Shown here: in pieces, positions 1-14,300 of the stretch
Layout of the letters: the number at the start of each line of letters is the position of its first letter
Numbering within the stretch: the first letter of the stretch is position 1
Source of the DNA: Chrysomallon squamiferum
Taxonomy: Eukaryota; Animalia; Mollusca
Reading direction: 5' to 3'
NCBI GenBank assembly: GCA_012295275.1
Contig: CM022678.1
Coordinates: 14,632,001 to 14,696,000, forward strand
DNA length: 64,000 nucleotides
Position numbers and translations under genes: made by a program
Notes under the pieces: generated by a model
What the model was told of the DNA's origin: nothing
The model's database searches: none
Seen by the model: the letters and a program-made list of their open reading frames with translations, nothing else

Positions 1-669
1 GCAAATGACTGGGAATAAAAAAAAAAAAAAAATTTAAAAAAAGATCTAGGTTTGGTATAATAATAGATAACAAACATCTAGCTGATTATCTAATCTGATC
101 CAAAATATGTACAAGTCAGAAAATGTTTTTGATTTAAAAAAAAAAAAAAAAAAATAATAATAATAATAAAAGATCAATTAAAACTACAGGAAAAAATGCG
201 AATAGAAATAATTGAGGGAGGGGAATGAAAATATTATCTCGATTAATTTGTAATCTCTATTTTACTATTATCTTGGCTTTGTTATTTCTTTTTCAATTAA
301 AAATTAAATTTTTTGGATTCACAAATTTGATTTCAGTTTAAAATTTACCAATTTGGCTACTAAAACAATTATACAAAATATCTAACAAAAATTCTGTACT
401 AAATCTACTTTTTACACTCAGGTTAATTTAATCAGTAATTAAAATATCAAGGGAATTATATTATCCATGTAACAGAGTGAATGATATGTTTGAAATGTAA
501 TATACACTAATGTAGAAAATATGAGAAATTGTAAAGTCACATCGTCAGATAGCAATATAAAATTTGAGACTGACATTTGATATATTAAATAGGGTACATT
601 GATTTCACTATTTTTATTTGAATGACTCGTTTACTGACATGATTGTTACAGTCAGAACCCCTTTTAACA

Positions 670-704
<35 letters not shown>

Positions 705-2475
705 AGTTTGTGCTCAAGTCTACTGTAATGTTTTGTTTGTAAATACCTTTCAAACTGATATCAGCACATCAGAATGTTTGCACTTTTATGTACGAACATT
801 GAAGTAAATGAAAATGGGGGAAAAGAAATAATGAAATTTCTTACATTTTTTTTTTTGGTTAACCAACTCTGGAACACATTTAAAAAAAAAAAAAAGGAAA
901 AAAAAAAAAGAATGAGATACATCTTATTCACAAAACCTCCTCAAGAATAATAACGTACATTTCTTTCTGTCAGCCAATTTTGCAGCTTTCCTTGTGAGGT
1001 ATAGTTGTATAAATAAAATTTACAAATATTTCCTTCATAGATCTATTAATTTTAATTCCCGATGTATCATCAGTGCTTTATTTTGTTTGAATGTAAACCA
1101 GAGGGAACTTTATTATTTTAGGTTTTTTTTGCTGAAACCTGTTGCATGAAATAAAACATATTTCTTCCATAAAACTGAAAAACACAAAACCAATACAGTG
1201 TTACATTTTACAACTTCTAACAATCGACTTACTTACATCAACTTTATTTTTGAAATATTAATTTAGAAATGTAATGCAATTTGCTTCATTATTGTCAGTA
1301 TGGCTTTGTCCCTGATTACAATTAGTTTAGTTTTTTATTTGTTATGAACTGTAAACATGATTGTAAACATATTTTTGTGTTTTAAAACTGTGAAGTGTTG
1401 CAACAATCAGCCATTAACACAAAGGCACTAGTGACAAGCCACAACAATAAACACACATCCCAATTCTAGTCTAGTCTACAATACAACCTAATCCTAACAA
1501 CAAACCATAGCATGCTGAGCAAAACCAATAACATTTGACAAAGTTAGTTTTAATATATATTTCTTGACAAAAACCATTGTTCCAAAGGACAGCTATAGAA
1601 AATAATGACAATATTAACGTCTCAGCATGCCATGGTCATTTTAGGATGATGCAAAATGAATACCCCAAAGAAACCACAAACAGCAAGAATAAGTAAAAAT
1701 CATGAAATTTTCATGAATTTTCACCAAAAAATTGTAAGCTACAATTTGATTAATGCTCCTTTTAAAGGATTAAAAAAAAGAGAGAGGAAAAATCATTAAC
1801 AAATAAAACAAAAGTAGAAAAAATAGCAAAACATGTTCTACCTGGACTTTTCCAGAAACCAATGAAAAAAAATACATTGCCAGTTCCAACTTCACATCCA
1901 AATTGTTAATGGAATGATCATCTAAGTATTTAAATTTTTGTTTTCTTTATACCAAGATAAAACATAATAAATCTTCCATACCTAAATATACCAACAAACC
2001 ACATTTCTCTGCATGAAAATCCTGAAAAGTTACCAATCCAAAATAATACAATAAAATGCTATTTTGAAAATGTAAAAGGATTGTATTTAACAAAAAATGG
2101 ATTTAAAGCAATTTAAATTTAGAATTTTAGATATTTTCACTTCATCATGTTTATATTACTTTTCAAATCAAGATTACTTTCTATAATTATAAAGTTTAAA
2201 TATATCTTTCACATTAATTTATAATCAAAATTCATAATCAGTTTTTCCTTCACTGACATTCTAATAATTCAAAGATTCCAATATACATCTTCTGTCTGCC
2301 TAACAAAAATGTCCTGATTAGAATTATTTTATTTGAATAGTTCGTTTATATTATCCAATTACATACTCAAATATTATTTCAGTTAAAATATATGTCACTC
2401 TGACAGATAAATAAAAACATGATAACAATGTAGGGATGTGAAGCAGAATGACACCAAGAAGTGATTTCTATCTTT

Positions 2476-5152
2476 TCAAGGCAAAGCTCCATTTGGAGGC
2501 ATTCCAATGGGACCAAGATCGGAACTGTTCTTCAGGAAGAACTTTTCCAGTTTGGCAAGTATGTGTTTGCCGTAGGTGTATTTGCGAAGTGTTCCAATGT
2601 GTGGTCGGATCTTGTGCATGAGGACTTTGCGTTGTGGTGGCTCTGCGACATCAATCATCTTCTGTACAACGTAGTTTGCAAATTGGTCCTTCATCATTGT
2701 GTACAAGGCACTATAAGAACAAAACATTTTAAAAGTTCAAATTTTATTATCTTGTTTTTATTGGGGTTTTTTGACATTTTTAAAATTTAAGACTGCTATA
2801 AGCACACAAATATCAACTGAATACTTATGGTCTACATACCTGGCAAATCTAGATTGACTGAGAAGGGCTACATATTTAAACAGCCCAATGTTTTATTTTT
2901 GAACACTTAATATGTATTATGTTCTAAATACAGCAGGCTCCTATAGGCAACTTTTATGTTAGGCAGTTAACAGACAGAGAACATTTCATTATTTACTAAT
3001 CTGGAGAAAACCTTTTATATAATCTACTTGTTATATAAAATATAACTTGTTCAGCCAAAGAAAAACATTATTAACAATCCACTTATAAAACTGAAAATTT
3101 TGAGTTTATAACCAACTTTGGTTTATTTCCTCTACTTTTGTAACCTAAGTGTTTTAATTGTTTTTGTATTCACAGTAAGATTATTATAAAGTACTCACCC
3201 ATCATTCACTGAGCAAATTTCCTCAATAAGCATGGCTTTTTCTGCACGTGATGAATGGGAAACACACTTCTCAACAACATTACTGAAACAATATTTCATA
3301 AATCACATTCAGTTCTGATGGAAAGAAGGTAACTTTTTATTTAATAATACACTCTACACATGTTATTTATAGTTAAATGACATATGATAAGTATTGGGAT
3401 AAGTAAGGTCACTGCTACTATTGATGTCCAGTTCCTTGCAGTTAGCAGCAAGAGATCTTGTATGTGTACTATCACAAAAACTGCACACTACTTATCCCCT
3501 CTGCCACACAAGTTATAGAATAGTAACTGAAACAAATAGCTCAATGGGTTTAGAAATAAATATAGACTACTATGTGAGGTTTAAAAAAAGGATTAAAAAA
3601 AAGAAAACCAAAAAAAAACAACCAACATCCAAAACAAAACATAAAATACAAAATAAGCACAGAACAATTATTCAAATTATTTGTACTGTATCCATAATAA
3701 ATAAATATGAATTATCAACATGCACACATCAACTGAACATACCTCGCAAACTTGTGTTGACTGAGGAGTAGGACTTTGCCACGAATCATGGACACAATGG
3801 TACTTTTGTCATCAGCACGCCCATGTTCCAGTACATGCTGAATGACGTAATTACCATATTGGTCCTGTACCAGGCGTTCTGTGTGCTCATGAAGTTCTTC
3901 CAGGATGGGTGTTGTCTGCTCCTGTGTGCAGTGTTCCAGAATACGCTGGATGACACGGCAGCCATATGGATGAGTGGACAGTGTGTATACCTGATTAAGA
4001 AACAATAAAACAAATAACTACCGTTTTCTACTAGTTTAAAATTTCTTACAAAATTATCAGTGTAATTAAGCATCAACACACAGATTAATTTTATATTAAC
4101 ATTTTAAAAAAGTAAAATAAAATCAGTAAATAATAATTAAAAACCGTTTCCTTTAAGACAATTTTAGAAATAACTAAAAATATAAAACAATTCTACATAC
4201 TTGGCCTTTGAAAGCATCTATGATGAATTGCAGATGTTTAGGGTCCACACATTCAATGCATTTCTGTACAACATGGTTACCATTCTGATCCTTGACACAT
4301 TTAAGCACATGACCATCAAGTTCCTTTACAATTTCCACCTGCAATCAAATGATGATAATTTTTGAAGAACAAATGCCATTTTCAGTTCTTAAATGATAAT
4401 GTGGATGCATTCTCTAATATATATTAATAGCAATCTGAGAATTATTTGAATCTATACATTTGTACCGATCAGAAAATTTCATCAGGCTGTAAAAAAATTA
4501 AAAAGACACAATCAGATATATATATATGTAGAAACTGAACAGATAATGTGTAAAACAAAAGTAACAATTTTAACATCTGAGACATTTACCTGCATATCAG
4601 GTGGAATTGACTCCAATGCTTTCTGTATGACTCGACATCCATACATTTGCAGAGCAAGTGGAAGGACATGTCCACGGACTCTCTGTGCTAAAGTCTGTTT
4701 CTGGTCAGCTGAGCCAAACTCAAAAAACTTTTGAATGACATAGTTTCCAAACACATCAGTCATCAGACTGTATGCTGCAGTCAGGATTTCACCAAATACC
4801 ATTGCTTTCTCAGGATGTGTGGCACGCTCCAACTTCTGCTGAATAAATCTGAAACAACATAAATGTAAAAAAGTTAATTTAGTTTTTATAAATAAATAAC
4901 ATTAAGTAAATAAGTGGTAATTTTTCTTTTAATGTAGCTTCCGAACTTGAGTAAAGATGTGACTTTTTTTCTGACAATCATAGAAAAAACTTTAAAACAA
5001 ATCACTGCACCAGGCATTAAATATTAATTATGAAAAAATACTTAGATATTTTTTAACAATATTATTTAGTTATGATGAATCTGAATTAAGATCTCAGAAA
5101 AAATTAAGAATAAAAGTAAATAAGGTTAACTGGAACTTTACAGAATATATAC

Positions 5153-5194
<42 letters not shown>

Positions 5195-5367
5195 GATTAT
5201 TTTTCCATATCCTCAAGGATGTACACATTTACCTTGATCCGTGCTGGTCCTGTGAAAACTCTACCACATGGTTTGTGAGATCCTTCAGCTGTAGATTAGG
5301 TATGCGGTTGTTTCTGAAGTCTTCCAGCAAACGACTTCTTCCAGTAACTTCTTTGCACAAACTAGCA
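2476..5367 (-). CDS. PUM: Pumilio homology domain exons (8 PUF repeats) of the Pumilio gene
   Basis: [13 protein letters not shown] leader followed by repeats with recognition helices SRFIQ, NYVIQ, CRVIQ, NHVVQ, CRVIQ, NYVIQ, SNVVE, NYVVQ, the canonical code for UGUANAUA. C-terminal [16 protein letters not shown]. Confidence 0.98.
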
Positions 5368-8300
5368 CTGGAAAATAAAAAAATACAACATTTACAATAA
5401 TTATTAAAAATTAAAGTAGCATGCACATTATCTGTAGAGATGATAAAAAAAAAGATTTCATAAATTAATTATCACCACTATTTCAAATGTGAATTTGCAA
5501 CCTAATATTTACTGGACAATCCGTAATTCAGATACTGCAGTGAATGCCAGTTTAACAGACATATGCTAAATGTAACCATCTTTACAAAACGCATAACAAT
5601 TTTAAAAAGGTCAGTAAATACCTTCTGGAAGCCATGTTTCTATTTGGGAAGAAAGATGTGCTGCCAAACAAGCCATTTGCTGGAGAAATGAGACCACCTC
5701 GGTACTTTGCTTCTGCTCCAGGTGCTGCAGAATACGATCTTCCTCCTCCACTTATACCTTTAACAACACAGCCATCATAATCAGAAATTTTGTACATTAT
5801 TTAATCTCAACTTTTATGAAATATTATGATGTGTAAATTTTATTTTTAACAGACAGCTGTTTGGTATTTTTTCTAGATTTTCCTTCTCAGAAATGCCTGG
5901 GGCTCAAATTCCTATGGATTTAACAATTTTTCTCCTTGTGTACGAAGATAATCAAAGAACAAAGATATACAGGATTATTTTTTCATATCCTCAAAGATGT
6001 GTCTGATACAGGGTATGAAGAGGCTCAGCAGGTAATTTTATGTAATATTTTTAATAAATTGAAACTATTGCAGTTGTGTGTCAATTAAACAATTTGAAAA
6101 AATTATCCTAGCTGTTTTGAAAATAGAATTGATGAAAATTTGGGAATTCTGAATAGATCTTTATTCTGAGTTATTGCATGAATAATTTCTTAAATAATAA
6201 ATATTTATATTAATCTGTAGTATGATCAATTAACAAAAAGTAGAAGAAGAAATTGCATATTTAAAGACAGCATTACCCCATTCACCAAGAGCGAGATTCG
6301 ATGTAGACTCGGAGAGAGACTGGGGTGATGTCATGGATGGGCCGGTCTGCATCATGGCTCCTGGTCCTGCTGGTGAACCCATGCTGGGAAGCTGACCATA
6401 ATAACCTCCTAAAGGAGGCAGCTGTTGTCTCTTGATATCATACGAGTCACGACGCTGGCCTGATAGAAATAAATTACATACAATAACGTCTCAATTTAAG
6501 TATTTTACTTATTAATGTATATAGTCACAATGAAATTATTACTTATTCAACTCGGAATAATAGAAAACAATTCTTTTACTGAATACACAGAATTATGGAA
6601 ATGATCTGAATGATCTGAAAGAAAATGCATTGTTTTAAAAATACTTTATCCAGCTTTTCTGTCCATACTATAAAATGTATAAGTATTTTAAAAGCATTTT
6701 TATATTCAAAACAAGCCCACAAGATTCATTTTTACTGCATGCTGTTATTTCATTCAGACATTCATGATGACAGTTGGAAAAAAACAAAAAACAATATAAT
6801 CAGTAACATTTCTTATAAAGCAAAATAAAATTGTTATCACTGATTAACTAAATTAGATCTGAATTTTGTTTTTAATTTTTTTTACTATAAACCTAAATTT
6901 GAACTATACTATGTAATATAAATGGACACAATATTTATTTCCTTTAATGATTTAGTTTTTTTTTAAATGTGAGTAATTATAGATTTCATGATCCGAGAAC
7001 AGAACAATGAATCTATAAAATGTTCAGTTATAAGATAAAAATCATTCATTAAGTTAAAGTCTTTCATACAAACAAAATGTTAAAAAGCATGATCTGTTTA
7101 TAAATATATACATGTATATACATATTTACATTTAAAAAATAGACCATACATTATCCACTTTAACAAGATAATAAGATTTGAAAGACTCTCCATATTAAAT
7201 CCAAAGGAACTAACCACTTCCATAGGACCTATGGGATGACCAACCAGCTCCTGGCGTCATCTGATCCATTTCTGAAACATACAAACATATACTAACAATT
7301 CTAACAGTGGTCCTAGTCTTTCATAAATTATATTGTAACCAGCAGAACAAGGCAGCCAATAACAATGTCCAAGAAAGATTGTAAAAAACCCAGTATATTT
7401 TTGTTTTTTAATTTCTCAGCTGCTATAACCTCCTGTAATATGCAGTTATACCTGTTATTATTTTTTTCTAGTTTTATTGGCTATTGGTAAATTGCATTTT
7501 AGAAAACCCTATAAAATAACAGTCAATTTAGTTAAAAATCAGGTTTTAAATTTAATGTAAAAGATTCAAATATCACTAAACTACAATGGTTTTGTTATTT
7601 ACTATTCAACATTGTAATATTCTTCAGTGTTTATAATCATCATTTCAGTGACTCGTTAGATGACAGATCAAGTATATATGTTATTAAAAAATTATGATAG
7701 GTTTTATAGACATGCATATTAACATTATGAAAGGTTAACAAAGCAATTATGAATGTGTTAGTAGTATTTCAAAAATAAAAACAATCTATTTTCAATGCAT
7801 TATACCACCACATTCACCAAAAAAAAAAAATTGATGTGCAATTGACCAATTTATAAAGTATTTGAAATATCTGAAACCCAGCATCATTGAAATTATTAAT
7901 AAAAAATAAATAAAAGTAAATAAACTACTTTTAAAAGATGTATCTACCCTTTTTATTATTACTGCAATGTGTCATAATCATAACAGAATGTTATCTGTTT
8001 TAAGACTGATTAATTACATAAAGAAAATGACAGGCTGATGTCTGCTACCAACCTGATCCAATGGCCCCAGGAGTGGACGAGCCTAGATTGTTCATGCTGT
8101 TGTTGGCATATGTAGTCTGCTGGTTCAGGTTAAGATTGGTAGCAATTGGGGTGAACAGGCTGGTGGTGGCCTGTGTATAGCCCAGGCTGCTAGAAGGAGT
8201 GTAGCCTGAAAGTGTCAGCACACAATGTCATCATCACCGAGTTCACATCCTATAGGTTTTTCTGGTTTTTTGTTTGTTTTTTAATACAACAGTTACTATA

Positions 8301-11300
8301 TCTCTAAGTACAGAAAGCACTGAAAATTAGGTGGAAAGTGTTTCTATCCCCATTAAAAGTAAAAGCATAGTAAATAATTTTTCTAAAATCAATACCTCTG
8401 CTGCAGTTAATTATAATTATATGATATAGACTTATTTTTCTTTTTAAAACTATATTATGGGCTTGAATATTTTATTATAAGAAATGTTAATGAATAAAAT
8501 CTAATGGTTGCCACATTTTGTTAATAATAATAAAAAAATTATATATATATAAATAAATGTTTAAAAAGCCCAACAACACCCCCTCCAAAAAAAAAAAGAA
8601 GAAAAAACAGGAAAGAGAAACTAAAACATACATACACCGGTAATTCTGTTTACATAATTAAAAATTAAAGTACAAATTAGCTGATGAAAATTGTTATTTT
8701 GTTTCTCTGTTCAATATGAATTATAAACTTATTCCAGTGATTCAGTATTAAACATTGTGAAAAGAACAGAGTAATTTAAACATTTGGTCAATCAGCACAT
8801 ATTGAATCAACATTAGTAATTCTGTGAAGTGTTAAAGTCAAAGTGTACTGAAAATAGTCAAACTTCAAGAAACTGGTTCATCTAGAAATCAGTCAACCTG
8901 TTACATGAAACAACTTCAACATGCAATGTTAAATAACTAAAGCATTCCATGGAAATATTAAAATACAGAAACAAAAATTTATATCTTAAATTCATGAACT
9001 CTTGTCAACTAATGAATGAGCTAACAAATATATTGAGAAACACAAGTTATCTTTAAAACAGAAAATTTAAATATAAATTTACATTTAACAAATGAATAAA
9101 GTTCAGTTAGTGTATTGTTGAAATCCAAATGTATTACTGTTTATTAAGTCAAAAACAAATGGAATGTTTTCAGATCTAATTCTAATGTCAGGCAAAAAGA
9201 AATCAACACAGCAACCAAAATACCATAGCTCTGTCTGTCCCACTGATGCCTACCCAAAGTATTGTTCTGCTGTGATGTGCTGCTGCTGGACAATACAACT
9301 GGTGAATTTTGAACTTGCTGGGCTTGTGTGGTCAGTAGTCGAAGTGGATTGTTCCCTCCACCTGTTCAAAAAAAAAAAAAAAAAAATTACTTGCAATAAT
9401 AACCAGACCTATCAACAGATATTCTTTTAAAAAATAAATAAATGAGCAATTTAAAAAAAAAGAGTAACTTTTTCTTATTATTTACAGCAAAAACAGTTAT
9501 GTATTTGTAAATATAACTGCTCATTTTAAAAAATACAACTTGTAAGAATGTCCAAATATATATAAAGAAAAATATAACTAAATAATATCATATATATACA
9601 CACACACACACACACACAAAAGAATTTTAATTATTATTTACAACATATATTTGTATAATAACTACTTGTTTGATCTCTTACATTATTTCACATATGCATT
9701 ATAGAAAACAGATTTCTTTAACTCACCTTGCTGGTTTGCACCAGCCACTAGTACAGGTGCTGGTGACACAAGTCGCACTGGTGTTCCAAGACCACGTGGA
9801 TTACCCATAACCAGCTGACCATTCTGATCATAGTATGCTGGTGCCAGAATCTGGTATCCTGCATCTGTCAGTACACAGATATTTTGACACATATTTTGAA
9901 GGATACAATTTTTTAAAATCCAATACAAATTGTAATAATATAAGACAGAAAACAGATGAATCAGTAGATTTCTCAATTATTTTAACATTTATGTCCATTT
10001 CTCAGCAAACAAAGTAAAGATCATAATCACTGCAGATCTTTATGGTTTCTGTAGCAGACATAATTTTTTTTTTTTTAAAACTTTGCACAGATTACAAACA
10101 TGACAATTTAATTAATTACAGTTAACTGTGTTAATATTATATCAACTAAACTAAATAATAATTTACATCAAAGTCTGTTTGGATAATTTTCAATAAAACC
10201 AATCAGGGATATATTTATATTTTTACTTTGTATCATTTGCAATGAAACAGATTTGTGAAATGTTAATGTTCTTACTTTGAGTCTGTATTGTTGGTGTGCC
10301 CATTGGCTCATTCTGCTGTGATGGTGTCAGTGGTCTTCCATTAGTCTGACCCCTCATCATCTGCTGTCCCTGGGCTATATTCTGTGGTGTCTGCTGTCCT
10401 TGAGGCTGTTGGATCAGATTGGCAGGGTAAATACCCCAGGGTGTCTGCACACTGTAGTACTGAGGATGTAGCACAGTGGGACCTAATGATACAACACCAA
10501 AATACAATAAGTTTCAACAATGACTGATAAATCTACACTGCAGTGATTTCTCTTGGTTTTAATAAACACTGAAATAATAGTTTAAAATAATAATACTAAT
10601 AACCAGAAAAATCACTGCATACACAAACACAATAATCAAACAAATAGTGAAAAAGGTAAAAGAAAAGTGAAGCAAAATGCAAATAAAAGATACAATTTAA
10701 GTTACGTAACAATATTTTGTAACAGAACTGAACACAAAAGTGAAAGAACAAATACTGACATGAAAACTAAAGACAGAAGGTGTCTGCTTGCTCTTCTGTT
10801 CTATAAAATTAATGTGATGGACTTAATCAGTGATTTATTTGTTTTTTTTGCAAGTTATTAGTGTCAGAAGCTGCACTTAAATTAACATAAATCAATGATA
10901 AATTAACAAAGTCTAGCCAAAAGTACAAATGCTAATTAACAACCTTTACATCAACTTACTAAAATAAAGTATACTTTTCATTAAAGGTTTATTAACTCAT
11001 TTTAAAAACAATCATAGGGGTCTTCCTTGTTTTTTGTTTTCCATTTTCATTATGACGTGTGACAAGTACTTTTGGTCTACACTTTGGTTGATAGAAAGAT
11101 GAGGAATGCTATGCTGACCTGCTATAGGTATCCCGACTGCATACGGGTCTTGTGCACTGAGTACGTACGGGGGAGGCGCTATGGCCGTGGTGGGAGCCAG
11201 GCCTAACAAAGAGCAAAGCACACACTTAAGCCATGCATGGCGAGGCTGTAACCATGGTAACAAACCATGACAGTGTACACCAAAAAGTGTACAGCATGCT

Positions 11301-14300
11301 CCAGCAACTCACAATAGTTGTGATTAAGTATTGTATGACGAAACACTGACAAATATTTTAACTAATAAACAGATTAATGTTGTCCGAATTCTTTTTAAGC
11401 ATAGCATATTTTCTTATAAATCTGTTAATTTTCATTTTCTACTGCTTAAGGCAAATTTTGTCATTTCATAGAGATAAGTATTCTAATTTTAAAAACTTAA
11501 ATGGCTAAATATATACAGATATTTTTCAATGTTTCAAATGCAATACTTGATCTCAACTTACATTAATACATGGTTAGAAAAAAATGATATACATGATAAA
11601 GGAAACAAGAGAACTTTATCCTATGCACTGAAAGACACAAACAATGTAATAAACAAGTAACGTGCTAAAAGCAAGATAAGGCAACACAACGTATTTTCAG
11701 TTTCAAAATTGAAATCCACATTACAGTTGGAATTAATCAAAAATTTTAAAAATTAAATTAGTTTCTTTCTTTCTTGAATTTGTAACTCGTTTAGTCAATG
11801 CATATAATAGTGACAATTTACTAATATCAGAAAGAGAATACATTTTTTTTATTATGACAATGACATTAATAAAGGCACTAACATCCAAAAAAAAAATATT
11901 AAAAATTAAAATAAAGATAGTAACAATAATAATTAATAAAATAATGTCAAACTATCTCAACATGGGTTTTATTTCAGTACAAATGTGAAACTATTTTCTA
12001 TATCTTAAATGACATTCACAACATTATGTCTCGAGAACAGGACAACATCAAAAATATTTTCACACTGGTATAATTAAAGATCATCAAGTAACACATTAAA
12101 ACAAATTAGATACAGACAATGATGGATAATAAGATTAACATTATAAAAAACACAGTGAAACACTATATACAATCACCCTAAGAGAATTCATAATAAAATA
12201 TCTGAAGTGTTGGTCTTCTTTACAGAGTAATATTCATTATTAAGAGATATAAAAATCATTCAAAATAGTCACTTTCTTAATTCCTACTACTATAGGAACA
12301 ACTTAATAATTCTTGTATAAAAGAGTATGAATTTTATTTTGTACAGAAATAATTTTTGATTGGGAGTCTCTACATTTTAATGTAGAAAAACATTATTCAC
12401 ATTACACGATAAGAATAATCATAGTACATTTTTTTTTTTACACACTTTTTAAATATTCATCAGATCTACAAAATTTACTGTAGTATGCAAATTCAGAAAA
12501 TATTCTAAAATGATATTCACTCAGTATTTAGAATTGATAATTATTTCAAGTGATATAGCAGTTTCACTGATAAACAAAAAAGGTTACCATTATTTTTCCT
12601 ATAAAAAAACATTTTGACTACTGCTTCTCTGAACAATATACAGAAAAATCAACAACTCTCTGATTTACAGTCTGTGTTATTAGGTAATTTACAAACAGCG
12701 CTTTATCCCACAAACTAAAGATCAACATAAGATTCGTAATTAAGACAATGAATGTAATATTATACCTAACATGAATATCATTAAGAAACTATTACAAATG
12801 ATTTACTCATACTATCCATGTTTTAACAAAAATACATTTTACAATTGAAAACATTAAAAATTACAACAAAACTTCAATAAAATTTAGTTAACTACAATAA
12901 AACAATCATGCTACACAGATTAATGTGAGACACTTACCAAGTTGCTGCTGCTGGGTGGCCAAGGCGTACTGCTGTTGTGTCAAAACGGCAATTGGCTGCT
13001 GCTGTCTTTGCAGAAGCTACAGTCAAATCAGACATTTATCAGACACAAATTACACTGAAACAATCTGTTTGCCTCTTATCATGCCCAAAAAATATCAGCA
13101 ATTAACACCAATTATGAGCTCTGTATGAGCTAATTCAATGACAGTTACTTAATATATGATTTCCTGTTTTACTTTCTTTTCAAATAACTGGCCAAATATT
13201 ATTAACAATTCACTTTTCTCTTTTATAATTTCTAATGATGTAAATACAAATACAACAAACAGATAAAGGACAGGCATCCAAATCATCAATATCTTAATTT
13301 ATCTTGACCCATACATATATTTTCATTACTCTAGTAACAACCAATTCCCCTGCCCATACTAATCTTTGTTTAAAAACCTGCAGGTTAAAATTTATCTTTT
13401 TATTATAAATGTAACCCCTTTTAACAATACTCTATTCATCAACCATTATAAATTCATTATTTAGTTATTTACAATCCACTAAGAAGTAAATTCTTAAAAT
13501 AAATTAAAAGTAATAACTGGAAAATAACTGATACCTGATTGTAATCCATGTTGTTAAAATTAGGACTATCCATAGATGGCATGAGCTGACTACCATAATC
13601 AAACTGAACTGGGTCAATGCCAACAGGTTCAAACTGAGGTGGGTCAAGCTGAAAACCAGGCTGGTGGGAGTGGACCATTGGAGCATTTTCAAGGAAATCA
13701 TTATCAGTTTTCATTTGCATTTTTGGGACATCCATCACCATGGTTGGTGGCACAACTTTCACATCATCTCCTGTTGGCGAGTTCTGTCGACTTCCATTTC
13801 TTGAAGATGAAATCATATTAAAAAATAAAATAACTCAGGAATGCATTAAATGGTCATAGAAATTATGCAATGTCTTTATTCTTCATAGAGGATATAACAG
13901 ACTTTATTATATACTTTAAACAAATTTCATCCAAAATTTGGTGAAATTTAGAAAGAAATAATAGGAAAAAAACAGAGGTAAAACAATTATTACCTTTCAC
14001 CTACAAGTATTTTGTTAAGAGTAATGTTATAAATATTGACCCATAACTTCTAAAAATAATTCATCAATCCAAGGTTAAGTTTATCCCTGAATCACAAATG
14101 GTTAAAATTTACATTTTGAGCCAGTCAAAAATGGACACTGCAAAATTTTACAGTTTAGCCTGAGGATCTTGGGGTATGGGGAAAAAAAAAAAAAAAAAGT
14201 CATGGAAAAAAAAAAAAAGAGTTCCATTAAGCATCAACTTACCTAAATCCTGAAGTATCATCCAAGCCATTCTGAAGTATGCCATTCTGTTGATTATCCT

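Noticed and set aside
2392-2478. Open frame after the Pumilio stop codon
   Set aside because: The TGA-A context is not leaky and the extension has no recognisable features.
2461-5400. Plus-strand ORFs antisense to pumilio exons (likewise those antisense to FBXO10 and CCDC60 exons)
   Set aside because: They are shadow ORFs of the real minus-strand exons with no independent coding signal.
9899-9906. GTATCCTT (U12-type donor motif) on the minus strand, of interest because SNRNP25 is in the window
   Set aside because: It lies inside an intron ~35 nt before an acceptor with no exon in front of it. All modelled introns have U2-type donors.
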